From the NCBI GenBank assembly GCA_028279595.1, contig JANQNK010000019.1:1-64000 (forward strand): a stretch of DNA of 64,000 bases. The letters run 5' to 3'. Origin of the DNA: Thermoplasmatota archaeon (lineage in GTDB: Archaea; Thermoplasmatota; JAKEGO01). Under the pieces are notes generated by a model. It made no database searches. It had not been told where the DNA came from and saw only the letters and a program-made list of their open reading frames with translations. The position numbers and the translations under genes were made by a program. Below, piece by piece: positions 28,352-39,393 of the stretch; position 1 is the stretch's first letter; every line of letters starts with the position of its first letter.

Positions 28352-28740
28352 TGTCGGATTGGCGGAAGTACATGGAGAGGCGGTTGAAGCGGGACGCGAG
28401 GATCATCGGCCTGCTGGTCGTCCTGATCGGGTTCATACTGTTCATAGCCGGTGTGATCACCACACAGACGAGCGAGTACGTCGTCAAGAGGTACGAGGAC
28501 CCGGGAGGCACACTGATCCGACTGGTGTCCGACGAGGACGAGAGGAACTACCAGAACGCCAAGGACTCCATCGAGACCGGAAGGGGCCTGTCTGGATTGG
28601 GGTGTTTGATCGGACTCCTGGGATTGGTCGTGGTCATCAGGCCCGGTGTATACAGATGGTTCGAACGGCGCATCTTCCGGAAGGACAGGGAACGTGAGCG
28701 AAGCCTCAGGGGTCCTGACCCTGAAGAGAAGATGAAGTGA
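28351..28740 (+). CDS. 2-TM membrane protein
   Basis: GAGGTGA RBS and two hydrophobic helices. Confidence 0.65.
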   Translation: MSDWRKYMERRLKRDARIIGLLVVLIGFILFIAGVITTQTSEYVVKRYEDPGGTLIRLVSDEDERNYQNAKDSIETGRGLSGLGCLIGLLGLVVVIRPGVYRWFERRIFRKDRERERSLRGPDPEEKMK

Positions 28741-28874
28741 TGCGATGATCCAGCGCCCTGGAGCGTCTCGGTGAACACTCGACAAGCGTTGTCGACTCGA
28801 AGGGTGGTCGACGAGCGCATCGTCCCGACCCTCGTTAACGTTACTTTTATAACATCAACCCGATTGCGTGGGCG

Positions 28875-29882
28875 ATGGAAAGGATCCCGACAGTGCCCAG
28901 GGCCGAGGAGCTCAAGGACAGAGCGTTCCGCAGAGCCTCGAAGATCGAGGTTAAGAAGGGCAGTGCGGTCCCGGACACCAGGAAGAAGATCAACAGCGTT
29001 ATCGACTACGTCGGAGGAAGGCTGAACAAGGTCGTCAAGTCCTTCCCGACGTTCGAGAACCTCCATCCATTCTATCGTGAGCTCTTCGACCTGATGTTCG
29101 GCATCGACAACGCGCGGCAGAGCCTCGGTGCGGTGCAGTGGGCCAAGGACAACGTCCAGTCGCTCGGCCCGCAGGCAAGACAGAGGCTGAAGAAGGGCGA
29201 CGACCCGGACACCGTCCGGAAGATGGTCTACGGTAGGATCTCGTCCATAGTCGACAAGGTCGCCGACGACCTGCTGTTCCTCGACGATATCAGGAACGTG
29301 ATGAAGAAGACGCCCGAGCTCGACATGGAGGCGCCGACGCTTGTCATATGCGGGTATCCGAACGTCGGCAAGAGCACGCTTCTAAGGAGGCTGACCCGTG
29401 CGGAGCCCGAAGTAGCCCATTATCCGTTCACGACGAAGGAGATACACATCGGACACCTGAGGATCGGCAAGATCAGGATACAGATAATGGACACGCCCGG
29501 CCTCTTCGATCGGGCCGTCGACGAGATGAATCCCATCGAGAGGCAGGGGATAGCCGCCCTGAGACACATCGCCGACGCGGCCCTTGTCATCATGGACCCG
29601 ACGGAGACATCGGGTTTCGAATGGGAGAGCCAGCTGAGCCTCCTGGACATGATCTCCGGGACCTTCGATCTCCCGAAGGTCATCGTCGAGAACAAGTCGG
29701 ACCACGAGCTCTACAGGACCAGGATGGAGGGAAGCGTTCGATTCTCTGCCCTCTCGGCCACGGATGATGAGGTCGACGAACTGGTCTCCACCATCGAGGA
29801 GCTCATGAGCTCCGGTCCGAACTGGGCAGTGAAGCCCCCATCCACAGCCCGTGGAAGGGCACCTCGGGCAAGGGATAAGTAA
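28875..29882 (+). CDS. NOG1-family GTPase
   Basis: LHPFY, GYPNVGKS, YPFTT, DTPG..DR and MN.IE. Confidence 0.9.
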   Translation: MERIPTVPRAEELKDRAFRRASKIEVKKGSAVPDTRKKINSVIDYVGGRLNKVVKSFPTFENLHPFYRELFDLMFGIDNARQSLGAVQWAKDNVQSLGPQARQRLKKGDDPDTVRKMVYGRISSIVDKVADDLLFLDDIRNVMKKTPELDMEAPTLVICGYPNVGKSTLLRRLTRAEPEVAHYPFTTKEIHIGHLRIGKIRIQIMDTPGLFDRAVDEMNPIERQGIAALRHIADAALVIMDPTETSGFEWESQLSLLDMISGTFDLPKVIVENKSDHELYRTRMEGSVRFSALSATDDEVDELVSTIEELMSSGPNWAVKPPSTARGRAPRARDK

Positions 29883-29902
29883 GGGGAGCGGTATCCGCCC
29901 TC

Positions 29903-30337
29903 ATGACCGAGACCTGCGAATTATCATGGCATGATAGTACCGATCCCGAGATAATTGATATCCTCGAGAAGAATGACAGGATCGCCGTGGTCGGGATATC
30001 CTCTAAACCCGAGAAGGCGAGCAACGAGGTCGCGAGATATCTCCTCGAGAACGGTTACGACGTCATCCCAGTGAACCCTTTCCAGGAGGAGGTCCTCGGA
30101 CGGAAGTGTTACCCTGATCTTGCATCCGTACCGGGAGATGTGCATGTGGTCGACATCTTCAGGAGGCCGGACGACGTACCTCCAGTGGTCGACGAGGCCA
30201 TCGGGATCGGGGCAAGGGTGGTCTGGATGCAGGAGGGTATTGTCAACAACGCTGCCGCCGACAAGGCTCTCGCTGCGGGATTGAAGGTCGTCATGGACCG
30301 CTGTATGAAGAAGGAACATCGACGCCTGGAGAAGTAG
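29903..30337 (+). CDS. CoA-binding protein (YccU-like)
   Basis: IAVVG.S, VIPVNP, VDIFR, VWMQEG and MDRC. Confidence 0.92.
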   Translation: MTETCELSWHDSTDPEIIDILEKNDRIAVVGISSKPEKASNEVARYLLENGYDVIPVNPFQEEVLGRKCYPDLASVPGDVHVVDIFRRPDDVPPVVDEAIGIGARVVWMQEGIVNNAAADKALAAGLKVVMDRCMKKEHRRLEK

Positions 30338-30624
30338 ATCCCAGGGCCCACTGTCACCGAAGTATCTTCAAAAGGAAGATGGTGGGGGCCCTGCTGCCCC
30401 CAATTGCGTCTTCCTTCGGGAATGACCCGAATTGATTATGTCTAATGTTACAATGATATAAATAGATTACCGGGAAATGCGTTAAACGTGCGTTTTAACG
30501 CATATAGCTTAAGTTCAGCGATTTCGAGGAATATTGACATTTGGCTTTTCCAGGGCGTACTTGAGCCGATCCGAGGCGGAAAAGAACGCATTCTTTTTAT
30601 ACGGAGTTCTCGATGCGAGTGAGA

Positions 30625-30697
30625 GCCGCGGTAACTCAGTTGGGAGAGTGCCAGACTGAAGATCTGGATGTCGCCGGTTCGAGTCCGGCCCGCGGCA
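30625..30697 (+). tRNA. tRNA-Phe(GAA)
   Basis: GCCGCGG/CCGCGGC-A acceptor stem; CCAGA-CTGAAGA-TCTGG anticodon arm. Confidence 0.95.
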
Positions 30698-30930
30698 CCT
30701 CCCCTTCTCAGATGTGTTTCCGAAATAGAGACCACGGTGCGCTTCCATTGGAGCTACGTTGGGAAAGCGGCAACAGCGCGGTCGGTCCGTTCAGGCCCGA
30801 TGCAGAACGCATCTACTTTCACCCAACCCTCCCTTCCATTGAAATATTAAATACCCCACACTGCATTACCCAAGGTGCAGCGTTCACCGGACTATAACCG
30901 GAGCTAACGCTATCCTGATGGGGGGAACCG

Positions 30931-33135
30931 ATGGCACTCGATCTGTCGAAGAACGCAATGACGATACTCGAAAAACGCTACCTCAAAAGGGACGTTACCG
31001 GCAAGGTAACGGAGACCCCTGAGCAGATGTTCAGGCGCGTGGCCAGGAACATCGCCAAGGCCGATGCCAACTACGGCAAGGACCAGCGGGAGGTCAACAA
31101 GACCCAGCGGAAGTTCTACAACCTGATGACCAGGTTCTACTTCCTCCCCAACTCCCCGACCCTCATGAACGCAGGGAGGGAGCTGCAGCAGCTTTCCGCG
31201 TGCTTCGTCCTCCCGGTCGACGACTCCATGGAGAGCATCTTCGAGACCCTCAGGGACTCCGCCCTCATACACAAGAGCGGCGGCGGGACCGGTTTCTCGT
31301 TCTCGCGGATCAGGCCGAAGGCGGATGTCGTGCAGTCGACCATGGGCGTCTCGAGCGGTCCGATCTCCTTCATGAAGGTGTACAACGCCGCGACCGAGGC
31401 GATCAAGCAGGGCGGCACGCGGCGCGGAGCCAACATGGGCATCCTCCAGGTCGACCACCCTGACATCATCGATTTCATAACCTGCAAGCAGGACGAGAAG
31501 GAGCTCACGAACTTCAACATCTCCGTTGCCATCACCGAGGAGTTCATGAAGGCCCTGGACGACGGGATGGCGTACAACCTGAGGAACCCGCGGACCAAGG
31601 AGATCGTCCGGTCCCTCGACGCGAGCGAGGTCTTCGAGAAGATCGTCGCCAACGCGTGGAAGTCCGGGGAGCCGGGTATCGTCTTCCTTGACAGGATCAA
31701 TGCAGCGAACCCCACCCCCAAGGTGGGGATGATAGAGAGCACGAACCCGTGCGGTGAGCAGCCGCTCCTGCCCTACGAGAGCTGCAACCTCGGCTCCATC
31801 AACCTCATGGCCATGTTCATAGACGGCGAGTTCGACTGGGACCTCCTGCGTGAGGTCGTCAGGGACTCCGTACATTTCCTCGACAATGTCATCGACATGA
31901 ACCAGTTCCCTCTGGAATCCATCGCCGAGAACACGAGGGCCAACCGGAAGATAGGCCTCGGGGTCATGGGATTCGCTGACATGTTGATCGCCATGGGCAT
32001 ACCCTACGACAGCGAGGAGGGGCTAGCGATGGGGGAGAAGGTCATGGCCTTCGTCAACGACGAGGGCTGGCAGATGTCCAAGGAACTCGCGGAGGAGCGG
32101 GGACCGTTCCCGAACTTCAAGAGGTCGCGCTTCGCCAGGAGGACGCCGGTCCGGAACGCGTCCGTTACGACCATCGCACCGACGGGGACCATCTCGATGA
32201 TAGCCGACGTCTCGAGCGGTATCGAACCGCTGTTCGCGGTCGCCTTCGTCAAGAAGGTGCTCGAAGGTGAGGAGCTCGTCTACGCCCACAAGGAGTTCGA
32301 GGCAATCGCCGTCAAGGAGGGCTTCCACACCGACGACCTCATGAAGACCGTCGCGAAGGTCGGCAGGATCGGCGACCTCGACGGGATACCGGACGAGGTC
32401 AAGACACTGTTCAAGACCGCGATGGAGATCGATCCGGAATCGCACGTCAGGATGCAAGCGGCGTTCCAGAAGCACACCGACAACGCGGTATCCAAGACCA
32501 TAAACTTCCCTAACTCCGCCACCGAGGACGAGGTGAGGACCGCATACCTGCTGTCATACCAACTCGGGTGCAAGGGGATCACGGTCTACAGGGACGGGTC
32601 ACGGACGACCCAGGTCCTCTCGACCAAGAAGGAGAAGCCTGAGGCGCAGGTCGCCACCGGGAAGCTGAGGCCGAGGGCCCGGCCGAACACCACGGTGGGA
32701 AGGACCCTCAAGGTCCAGAGCGGCTGCGGGAACCTCTACGTCACGATAAACGAGGACGAGCACGGCCTGTGCGAGCTCTTCGCCACCATGGGCAAGTCCG
32801 GCGGATGCGCAGCAGCACAGACGGAGGCCGTCGCAAGACTGACCTCGCTGTCATTGCGCTCGGGCATCGAGACCGAGGTCGTGATAAAGCAGCTCCGTAC
32901 CATCCGCTGCCCGAAACCCATCCTCGCTCCGGGTGGAATGACGTATTCATGTCCAGACGCGATCGCCCAGGCGCTCGAGCAGTACCTCGAGTCCTTCAAG
33001 GGGATACGCGTCTCGAAGGTCGACCTGCTGAAGGACAACGGGACGTCCCCGGAGTGCCCGGAGTGCGGAACGCTCCTGGTCTTCCAGGAGGGCTGCCTCA
33101 TCTGCCCGAGCTGCGGCTGGAGCCAGTGTGAGTGA
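30931..33135 (+). CDS. nrdJ: Class II (B12-dependent) ribonucleotide reductase
   Basis: PNSPTL, SACF, TNPCGEQPL, CNLGS and APTGT; C-terminal TSCPD-like domain and zinc ribbon. Confidence 0.93.
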   Translation: MALDLSKNAMTILEKRYLKRDVTGKVTETPEQMFRRVARNIAKADANYGKDQREVNKTQRKFYNLMTRFYFLPNSPTLMNAGRELQQLSACFVLPVDDSMESIFETLRDSALIHKSGGGTGFSFSRIRPKADVVQSTMGVSSGPISFMKVYNAATEAIKQGGTRRGANMGILQVDHPDIIDFITCKQDEKELTNFNISVAITEEFMKALDDGMAYNLRNPRTKEIVRSLDASEVFEKIVANAWKSGEPGIVFLDRINAANPTPKVGMIESTNPCGEQPLLPYESCNLGSINLMAMFIDGEFDWDLLREVVRDSVHFLDNVIDMNQFPLESIAENTRANRKIGLGVMGFADMLIAMGIPYDSEEGLAMGEKVMAFVNDEGWQMSKELAEERGPFPNFKRSRFARRTPVRNASVTTIAPTGTISMIADVSSGIEPLFAVAFVKKVLEGEELVYAHKEFEAIAVKEGFHTDDLMKTVAKVGRIGDLDGIPDEVKTLFKTAMEIDPESHVRMQAAFQKHTDNAVSKTINFPNSATEDEVRTAYLLSYQLGCKGITVYRDGSRTTQVLSTKKEKPEAQVATGKLRPRARPNTTVGRTLKVQSGCGNLYVTINEDEHGLCELFATMGKSGGCAAAQTEAVARLTSLSLRSGIETEVVIKQLRTIRCPKPILAPGGMTYSCPDAIAQALEQYLESFKGIRVSKVDLLKDNGTSPECPECGTLLVFQEGCLICPSCGWSQCE

Positions 33136-33782
33136 TATCCATGGAGAACGAAGTGAAGGTGCTTGACAACGGTTTCGCTAGGCTTGTGGACTTCGTGGGC
33201 GGCGACAGGAGCGCCGCGACGTCCGCCAGGATCTCGACCATGACGAAGGGCGACGAGAAGGACGACGCCAAACTCGTCCGCTACCTCATCAAGATGAAGC
33301 ACGGGACGCCCTTCGAACACTCCTACTTCACGTTCTACATCAAGTGCCCGCTGCTCGTCGCGAGGCAGTGGTTCCGCCACAGGATCTCATCGTACAACGA
33401 GATGTCAATGCGCTACGTCCTGGCAGACAGGGATTACTATGTCCCCGCGGACCTGACGGACTCGCAGAAGGAGAGGTACGTCGCCGCCGTCGAGAACTCC
33501 TTCGACACGTACGAGGAGCTCGTCCAGGACGAGCTGAGGAAGGAGCTCGCCAGGGGGGTCCTGCCGGTCTCGACCTACACCCAGTTCTACTGGACCGTCA
33601 ACGCTAGGGCGCTCATGAACTTCCTGGACCTGAGGTTGGACATAGCAGCCCAGTACGAGATCAGAGAGTACGCGAAGGTGCTGCACGGCTTCTTCCTCGA
33701 TAAGATGCCGTACACGGCACAGGCCTTCGAGGACCTCATCCTCGGCAATCTGGAGACTCCGAGGACCGAAAAGGACCTGTAG
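33132..33782 (+). CDS. thyX: Flavin-dependent thymidylate synthase
   Basis: HGTPFEH and the RHRISSYNEMSMRY motif. Confidence 0.95.
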   Translation: MISMENEVKVLDNGFARLVDFVGGDRSAATSARISTMTKGDEKDDAKLVRYLIKMKHGTPFEHSYFTFYIKCPLLVARQWFRHRISSYNEMSMRYVLADRDYYVPADLTDSQKERYVAAVENSFDTYEELVQDELRKELARGVLPVSTYTQFYWTVNARALMNFLDLRLDIAAQYEIREYAKVLHGFFLDKMPYTAQAFEDLILGNLETPRTEKDL

Positions 33783-34010
33783 TCGAATTCTTATTGAGGA
33801 TCGGGGAAAGACCGTCCTTCATCGATCATGGTGACAAGGGGCGGGTGGGAAGGATCGGACGCTTAAGAACGGGGCATGTTGATGGATTCACGTCCGAACC
33901 AGACGATACTGCGTTTCTCAATTATTCGGGCGAGGAGTATCGTTGGACCCCAGGCCGGACGGGGCCGGGTCTAATCCCGTTTGACCGTAAACGTATTATC
34001 GTAAGATACC

Positions 34011-35069
34011 GTGCATGATTGCATGAGGACCTTGCTGCTAGCCGTCTGCCTGAGCATTCTCGCATTATTCATATCCGTTTCAGCGGCCGTCGCCCAGGAC
34101 ACCGTGGAGTGTCCCGAGGGCACTGTCCCGACGATCGACGGGACGCTCGAACCGGGTGAATGGGACGATGCCGAGAACATCACGATGTCGTTCTCGCTCG
34201 AGGACGACTGCACGGCATTCTACAAGTATTCCGGACGTTACCTGTTCGTCGCCTTCCAGTTCGAGGAAGGACACACCACCAACATACCCGATACTCGGGT
34301 CCTCCTCGACACGAACAATGATATGGCAGACAGTCCCCAGACCGACGATTTCGAACTCTACATCAATCCCGACAACGGAGGGGCGAGGGAGCGCCGTGGC
34401 ACGGGGAGCAACTGGGCGGTCGTCGACATCGACAACTGGACCGGCGAGTGGAACGACACCGATTCGGACCGTTGGTCGTCAGAGTATTCCATTTCGTTCT
34501 CGAAACTGCAGGGTAATGGTTCGTCCAGCATCCTCGGATTCGGCATAGTTGTCTACGGAAATTACGGTGAATCCTCGGGATGGCCGAACGGTGCTGACGA
34601 GGATGATCCGGGAACCTGGGGCAACATGACGTTCGGCGGGGCCGGTCCCGGTGTTCGCAGTCTCGGATTGCGGGTTCCCACGCTCATCGATGTAGAGGCG
34701 GGAAAGGATGCCACAGCCGCTTTCACGGTATCCAACACGGGGTCCGAGACGGAATTGGTCCGTCTCGAAATTGGGGGTGATGTCGTGAGGTGGGCCTCAC
34801 TGGACATCGATGAGTTCACCATCGAACCCCGGGAGGAGATCATGATCAACATCACGGTCACGGTCCCAGGTGATACGGAGGAGGGTCTGTACTCGATAGA
34901 TATCACGGCCGAGGCCAGGAGCGGTATCAACAGCACGGCATCGGTCAGGATTGATGTTTCCGCATCCGAAGGTGGCGGTGGTGGGAGCGATGACGACACC
35001 CCCGGGTTCGACCTGATACTTGTAACGATAGCCCTCGCTGTGGTCGTACTTCTCTACAGGAGACGATAG
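34011..35069 (+). CDS. Surface protein with CBM9/DOMON-like and Ig-like domains and a PGF-CTERM sorting signal
   Basis: Signal peptide, PTIDG....EW, and TPGF followed by TM and RRR. Confidence 0.8.
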   Translation: MHDCMRTLLLAVCLSILALFISVSAAVAQDTVECPEGTVPTIDGTLEPGEWDDAENITMSFSLEDDCTAFYKYSGRYLFVAFQFEEGHTTNIPDTRVLLDTNNDMADSPQTDDFELYINPDNGGARERRGTGSNWAVVDIDNWTGEWNDTDSDRWSSEYSISFSKLQGNGSSSILGFGIVVYGNYGESSGWPNGADEDDPGTWGNMTFGGAGPGVRSLGLRVPTLIDVEAGKDATAAFTVSNTGSETELVRLEIGGDVVRWASLDIDEFTIEPREEIMINITVTVPGDTEEGLYSIDITAEARSGINSTASVRIDVSASEGGGGGSDDDTPGFDLILVTIALAVVVLLYRRR

Positions 35070-35076
35070 TCCGGGA

Positions 35077-36012
35077 TCACTCGTGCGGACCGGGGAAGGG
35101 GAGCAGTCCCTTCTCCTCGAGTTCCTTCGAGAAACGCTCCTTCTCCAGCAGCGTCTCCCAGCGGGCGTCCATCTTCCTCTCCCAGTCCTTCAGGAAATCC
35201 TCGGGGAGATGCCGGAACCTGCCCTGCATCCTCACGTATGCCATGAAGTCGGTCTTCTGGGGTTTCTGGTTGATCGTGTAGACGCCGTGGTCGACCTCGA
35301 AGAGGGGCCAGAGATGTGTCGAGACCGCCATCTTGGCGAGCTCGATGGTCCTGCTCGGGTCGGAGCGCCAGCCGGTCGGGCAAGGTGCGTAGACCTGTAT
35401 GAACTTGGGTCCATGGATCGTCTTGGCCTTCTGGAACTTGCGGATCATGTCCTCGGGATAGGCGACCGAAGCGGTGGCGACGTAGGGCGCCTTGTGGGCG
35501 ACCATTATATCGACCATGTCCTTCTTCTCGTCGGCCTCCCAGAACTGGGTGCTTCCCACGGGAGTGGTGGTCGTCCAGGCTCCCACCGGCGTCGAGGAGC
35601 TCCTCTGAATGCCGGTGTTCATGTACGCCTCGTTGTCGTACATAACGTAGATCACGTTGGTGCCGCGCTCGACCATGCCGGAAAGTGCCTGGATCCCGAT
35701 GTCGGCCGTTCCGCCGTCGCCGGCCCAGCCCATGACCTGGACGTCGTCCTTCCCCTGGAAGTCCAGCGCCGCGCGGATACCTGATATGGATGCACCGGTC
35801 ACCTCGAAGGCTGTGTAGAGCAACGGGACCTTGAGGTTCTGGTTGGGCCAGACCCCTGGGATCACAGCCCAGCAGCATGCCGGGATGCTGACGATGGTGT
35901 CCTCGCCCATTGCCTTTAGGGCGTAGCGCATCGCGTGCGCCGCGCCGCAGCCCTGACACGCCACGTGCCCGGACCTCATGTGCTCGTCAGTGGGTATCGT
36001 GAACCTTCCCAT
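35077..36012 (-). CDS. porB: Pyruvate/2-ketoisovalerate:ferredoxin oxidoreductase beta subunit
   Basis: ACQGCG, GDGG and DNEAYMNTGIQRS. Confidence 0.92.
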   Translation of the reverse strand: MGRFTIPTDEHMRSGHVACQGCGAAHAMRYALKAMGEDTIVSIPACCWAVIPGVWPNQNLKVPLLYTAFEVTGASISGIRAALDFQGKDDVQVMGWAGDGGTADIGIQALSGMVERGTNVIYVMYDNEAYMNTGIQRSSSTPVGAWTTTTPVGSTQFWEADEKKDMVDIMVAHKAPYVATASVAYPEDMIRKFQKAKTIHGPKFIQVYAPCPTGWRSDPSRTIELAKMAVSTHLWPLFEVDHGVYTINQKPQKTDFMAYVRMQGRFRHLPEDFLKDWERKMDARWETLLEKERFSKELEEKGLLPFPGPHE

Positions 36013-37196
36013 CAGGCATCACCTCCCGGTCCGACCAGACCATGCCATGTCATCTCCTCGTCGAGCCCCTCGCGGCTCACCTTGACGAGGTTCTTGTAGA
36101 CGTCCCTGATGTCCCTCGGTCGGACATCGCGCCCGCCGATGCCGACGAGGTAGTTCTTGAGAAGAGGTCGCTCCTCCTGTCCGTATAGGGCAGCGAGGAT
36201 CTCGGTGTAGAACGGTCCGAAGGCCCCGTAGGTGTATGTCCTGTCGATCACTCCGATTGCCTTCACACCCTTTGCGAGAGCCCTTACATCGTCCACCGGG
36301 AACGGCCTGAACACGCGGACCCTGGCCATGCCGACCTTCTCGCCCTCGTTTCGGAGCTGGTCGACGACCTCACGGGTGGTCGAGCTGTTCGTGCCGGAGG
36401 CGACGAGGAGGTAGTCAGCGTCCTCGGTCCGGTAGTGCTCCACCAGCCCGCCGTAGGACCTTCCGAAGGTCTTCTCGAACTCCCTGTCCACCTCGACGAT
36501 GCGCTCCTTGGCGGTGTCGTAGGCCTTCGCCATGAGGTATCTGAACTCGAGGAAGTTGTCGGGCATGACGAGCGATCCGAAGCCGTACGGTTCGTCCACG
36601 TCGAGCTTGTATCGCGGTTCGTATGACGGAAGGAACTCGTCGACGAGCTCCTGGTCCGGTATGTCGACGGGCTCGACCGTATGGGACAGATAGAAGGCGT
36701 CCTCGGTGAGCATCGACGGCATGAGGATGTCCGAGGACTCGCTCACCCTGTATGACATGATGGTGGTGTCGAGGACCTCCTGGTTGTTCTCGCAGTAGAT
36801 CTGCATCCATCCTGTGTCCCTCTGTGCGATGGAGTCCTGATGGTCCGCCCATATGCTCCACGGGGGACCCATGGCGCGGTTGATGTTGACCATGACTATC
36901 GGGAGCCTGGCGGCAGCTGCCCACATGAGCATCTCGTGCATAAGCGCGAGTCCGTGGGCCGAGCTGGCCGTGAAGCTCCTCACTCCGGTGTTCTGTGCGG
37001 AGATGCACGCGCTCATAGCGGAGTGTTCGCTCTCGACCTTGATGAACTTGCAATCGAGCTCGCCGTCGGCGATGAAATCGGCGATGTACTCCACGACCGT
37101 GGTCTGCGGTGTGATGGGGTAAGCGGCGATGACGCCCGGCCTTGAGAGCTTGGCCCCGTAGGCGGCGGCGTGGTTACCGGTGATGACCTTCCTCAT
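36012..37196 (-). CDS. porA: Oxidoreductase alpha subunit
   Basis: GNHAAA, YPITPQT and ESEHSAMS; real start MRKVITG at 37196. Confidence 0.92.
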   Translation of the reverse strand: MRKVITGNHAAAYGAKLSRPGVIAAYPITPQTTVVEYIADFIADGELDCKFIKVESEHSAMSACISAQNTGVRSFTASSAHGLALMHEMLMWAAAARLPIVMVNINRAMGPPWSIWADHQDSIAQRDTGWMQIYCENNQEVLDTTIMSYRVSESSDILMPSMLTEDAFYLSHTVEPVDIPDQELVDEFLPSYEPRYKLDVDEPYGFGSLVMPDNFLEFRYLMAKAYDTAKERIVEVDREFEKTFGRSYGGLVEHYRTEDADYLLVASGTNSSTTREVVDQLRNEGEKVGMARVRVFRPFPVDDVRALAKGVKAIGVIDRTYTYGAFGPFYTEILAALYGQEERPLLKNYLVGIGGRDVRPRDIRDVYKNLVKVSREGLDEEMTWHGLVGPGGDA

Positions 37197-37198
37197 CG

Positions 37199-37471
37199 TC
37201 ACACCTCCTTCTCCATGTCTATCGCATCCTTCGGGCACTCGTGGGCGCAGATCCCGCATCCCTTGCAGTATTCGTAGTTGATCTCGGGGAAGGAATCCTC
37301 GTCCTCGACGATCACGGAGACGTCGGGACAGAACTTCCAGCAGATGAAGCACTTGATGCACTTCTCGTTGTCTATGACCGGCTTGAAGGTCCTCCATGAC
37401 CCGGTCTTGAGCTTCATCTCCTTGTCATATGTTATCGGGGTCGGGGTGAGCTTGTCGAACGGTATCGTCAT
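37199..37471 (-). CDS. porD: Oxidoreductase delta subunit (2x[4Fe-4S])
   Basis: TGSWR and two CxxCxxCxxxCP motifs. Confidence 0.93.
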   Translation of the reverse strand: MTIPFDKLTPTPITYDKEMKLKTGSWRTFKPVIDNEKCIKCFICWKFCPDVSVIVEDEDSFPEINYEYCKGCGICAHECPKDAIDMEKEV

Positions 37472-38028
37472 TCGGCCACCTCCATCTCTACCATATCGAA
37501 GGCATCCCTGGCCGCCTGGATGTTGGGTTCGACCTTCCTCTTGACCTGGCGCTTGACGGCCTCGGCCACGGACTCGATGGAGACCACGCCGGTCTTCGCG
37601 AAGGCGCCGACCATAGATGTGTTGACTATCGGCGACTCCCTGCTGCCAAGACCGTGTTCGAGAGCGATACCGGTGCCGTCGACGACGTCGACCGTCGCGC
37701 CGAGCTTCTTCTTGTACTCTGCGGCCATGGCAGCGGGCGCGTTGATGAGTATCCTGCCGTCATCCTTGAGGCCCTCTCCCACATTGATGTACTCCAGCAG
37801 TGCGGTGTCGAGGACGATGACGTAGTCAGGCTCGTAGATCATCGATTTGACCCTTATCGGCCTGTCGTCGACCTTCGTGAACGCCGTCACGGGAGCTCCC
37901 CGCCTTTCGACGCCGAAGAACGGGAACGCCTGGACGTCCTTTCCCTCTATGAAGGCCGCTTCGGCCAGCAGACGGGATGCGATGACCGCACCTTGACCTC
38001 CCCTTCCGTGGAACCGTATCTCTATCAC
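37468..38028 (-). CDS. porG: Oxidoreductase gamma subunit
   Basis: [11 protein letters not shown] and FGVERRGAP; GTG start at 38028. Confidence 0.92.
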
Positions 38029-38257
38029 ATCAAACCCCGTTGACCTATTCGCCCCTGATATTTTTACCTTTCTGCCATTGTCTGGTCGGTTGAGGATTCT
38101 CAAGTTACTTGTGGGACATTTTCCCGAAATCACGACGAGAATGAACGTCTCCGGGAGCTTCCTGGCCGATCTATCATGTGTGCTGGTCGAAGGCGAAGGT
38201 CGTCAGTGTGAACCTTTAAATTGTGTGTCAGGGCTGACCGTTCTTGGTGGAGCGAAG

Positions 38258-39325
38258 ATGAGGACAGCACTTTACGACAGACACGTCGGGCTCGGAGCGA
38301 AGATGACCGATTTCGGGGGCTGGGAGATGCCGCTCTGGTACAGCAGCATCATCGACGAGCACATGGCGGTCCGCAGGGACGCTGGCCTCTTCGACGTCTC
38401 CCACATGGGGGACCTGGTCATCTCGGGACCGGATGCGGTGGCGTTCATCGACACGGTCCAGACAAATCACTTCGGCAAGGTCGAGGTGGGCGGAATGAAG
38501 TACTGCCACATCCTCAACGAGGACGGCAACATCATCGACGACACGATAATTACGAGGATAACGGAGGAGGAGTACCTGATGGTGCCCAACGCGGGGACCA
38601 CGCCGAAGGTCCTCTCGTGGCTGAGGGAGCATTCCGAAGGCTTCGACGTCTCCATCGAGGACAGGTCGGAGATGTTCTGCGTGGCATTGCAGGGTCCTAA
38701 GGCAGCCGAGGTCTTTGAAGCGGCGGCCGGTGCGGCAGGTGACATGGAGTTCTTCACCATGCGCCGGATGGCCATAGACGATGTCGACTGCATGGTCGAG
38801 GCATCCGGGTACACCGGAGAGCAGGGCTACGAGATCATGGGGCCGCCGGAGGGCGCGGAGGCCGTCTGGGACGCGTTGATGGAAGCCGGAGCAGGCCACG
38901 GGATGAGACCGTGCGGGCTCGGCGCCAGGGACACCCTGAGGCTGGAGAAGTGCTTCCTGCTGTCCGGTCAGGACTTCGATTCCGACAGGACGCCCCTGGA
39001 GACGACCTACGACTTCGTACTCAAGTGGGACCATGACTTCATCGGGAAGGACGCGCTCCTGGCACAGCGGGAGTCGGACGATTTCGATCGTTGGACGGCG
39101 TTCATGATCGAGGGCAAGGGGGTCCCGCGTCATGGCGACAGGATCCTCAAGAACGGAGATCCGGTCGGGGTCGTCTCGAGCGGTGGGATGTCACCGATGC
39201 TCAAGGTCGGGATCGCTCTTGGTTACGTACCGAAAGACCTGACCGGGACGGGTACCAAGGTGGACATCGAGACACGAACAAGGACACTTGACGCGGTGGT
39301 CGTCGAGAAACCTTTCATTAAGTGA
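38258..39325 (+). CDS. gcvT: Glycine cleavage system T protein (aminomethyltransferase)
   Basis: FGGWEMP, LFDVSHMG, GYTGE.G.E and GLGARDTLRLE; start MRTALY. Confidence 0.93.
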   Translation: MRTALYDRHVGLGAKMTDFGGWEMPLWYSSIIDEHMAVRRDAGLFDVSHMGDLVISGPDAVAFIDTVQTNHFGKVEVGGMKYCHILNEDGNIIDDTIITRITEEEYLMVPNAGTTPKVLSWLREHSEGFDVSIEDRSEMFCVALQGPKAAEVFEAAAGAAGDMEFFTMRRMAIDDVDCMVEASGYTGEQGYEIMGPPEGAEAVWDALMEAGAGHGMRPCGLGARDTLRLEKCFLLSGQDFDSDRTPLETTYDFVLKWDHDFIGKDALLAQRESDDFDRWTAFMIEGKGVPRHGDRILKNGDPVGVVSSGGMSPMLKVGIALGYVPKDLTGTGTKVDIETRTRTLDAVVVEKPFIK

Positions 39326-39393
39326 TTCGTAACTAGATGGTTTTCTACCGTCCGTGAAGGCCCTGGCCGTCGACGACCATGGGAGCTACTTGT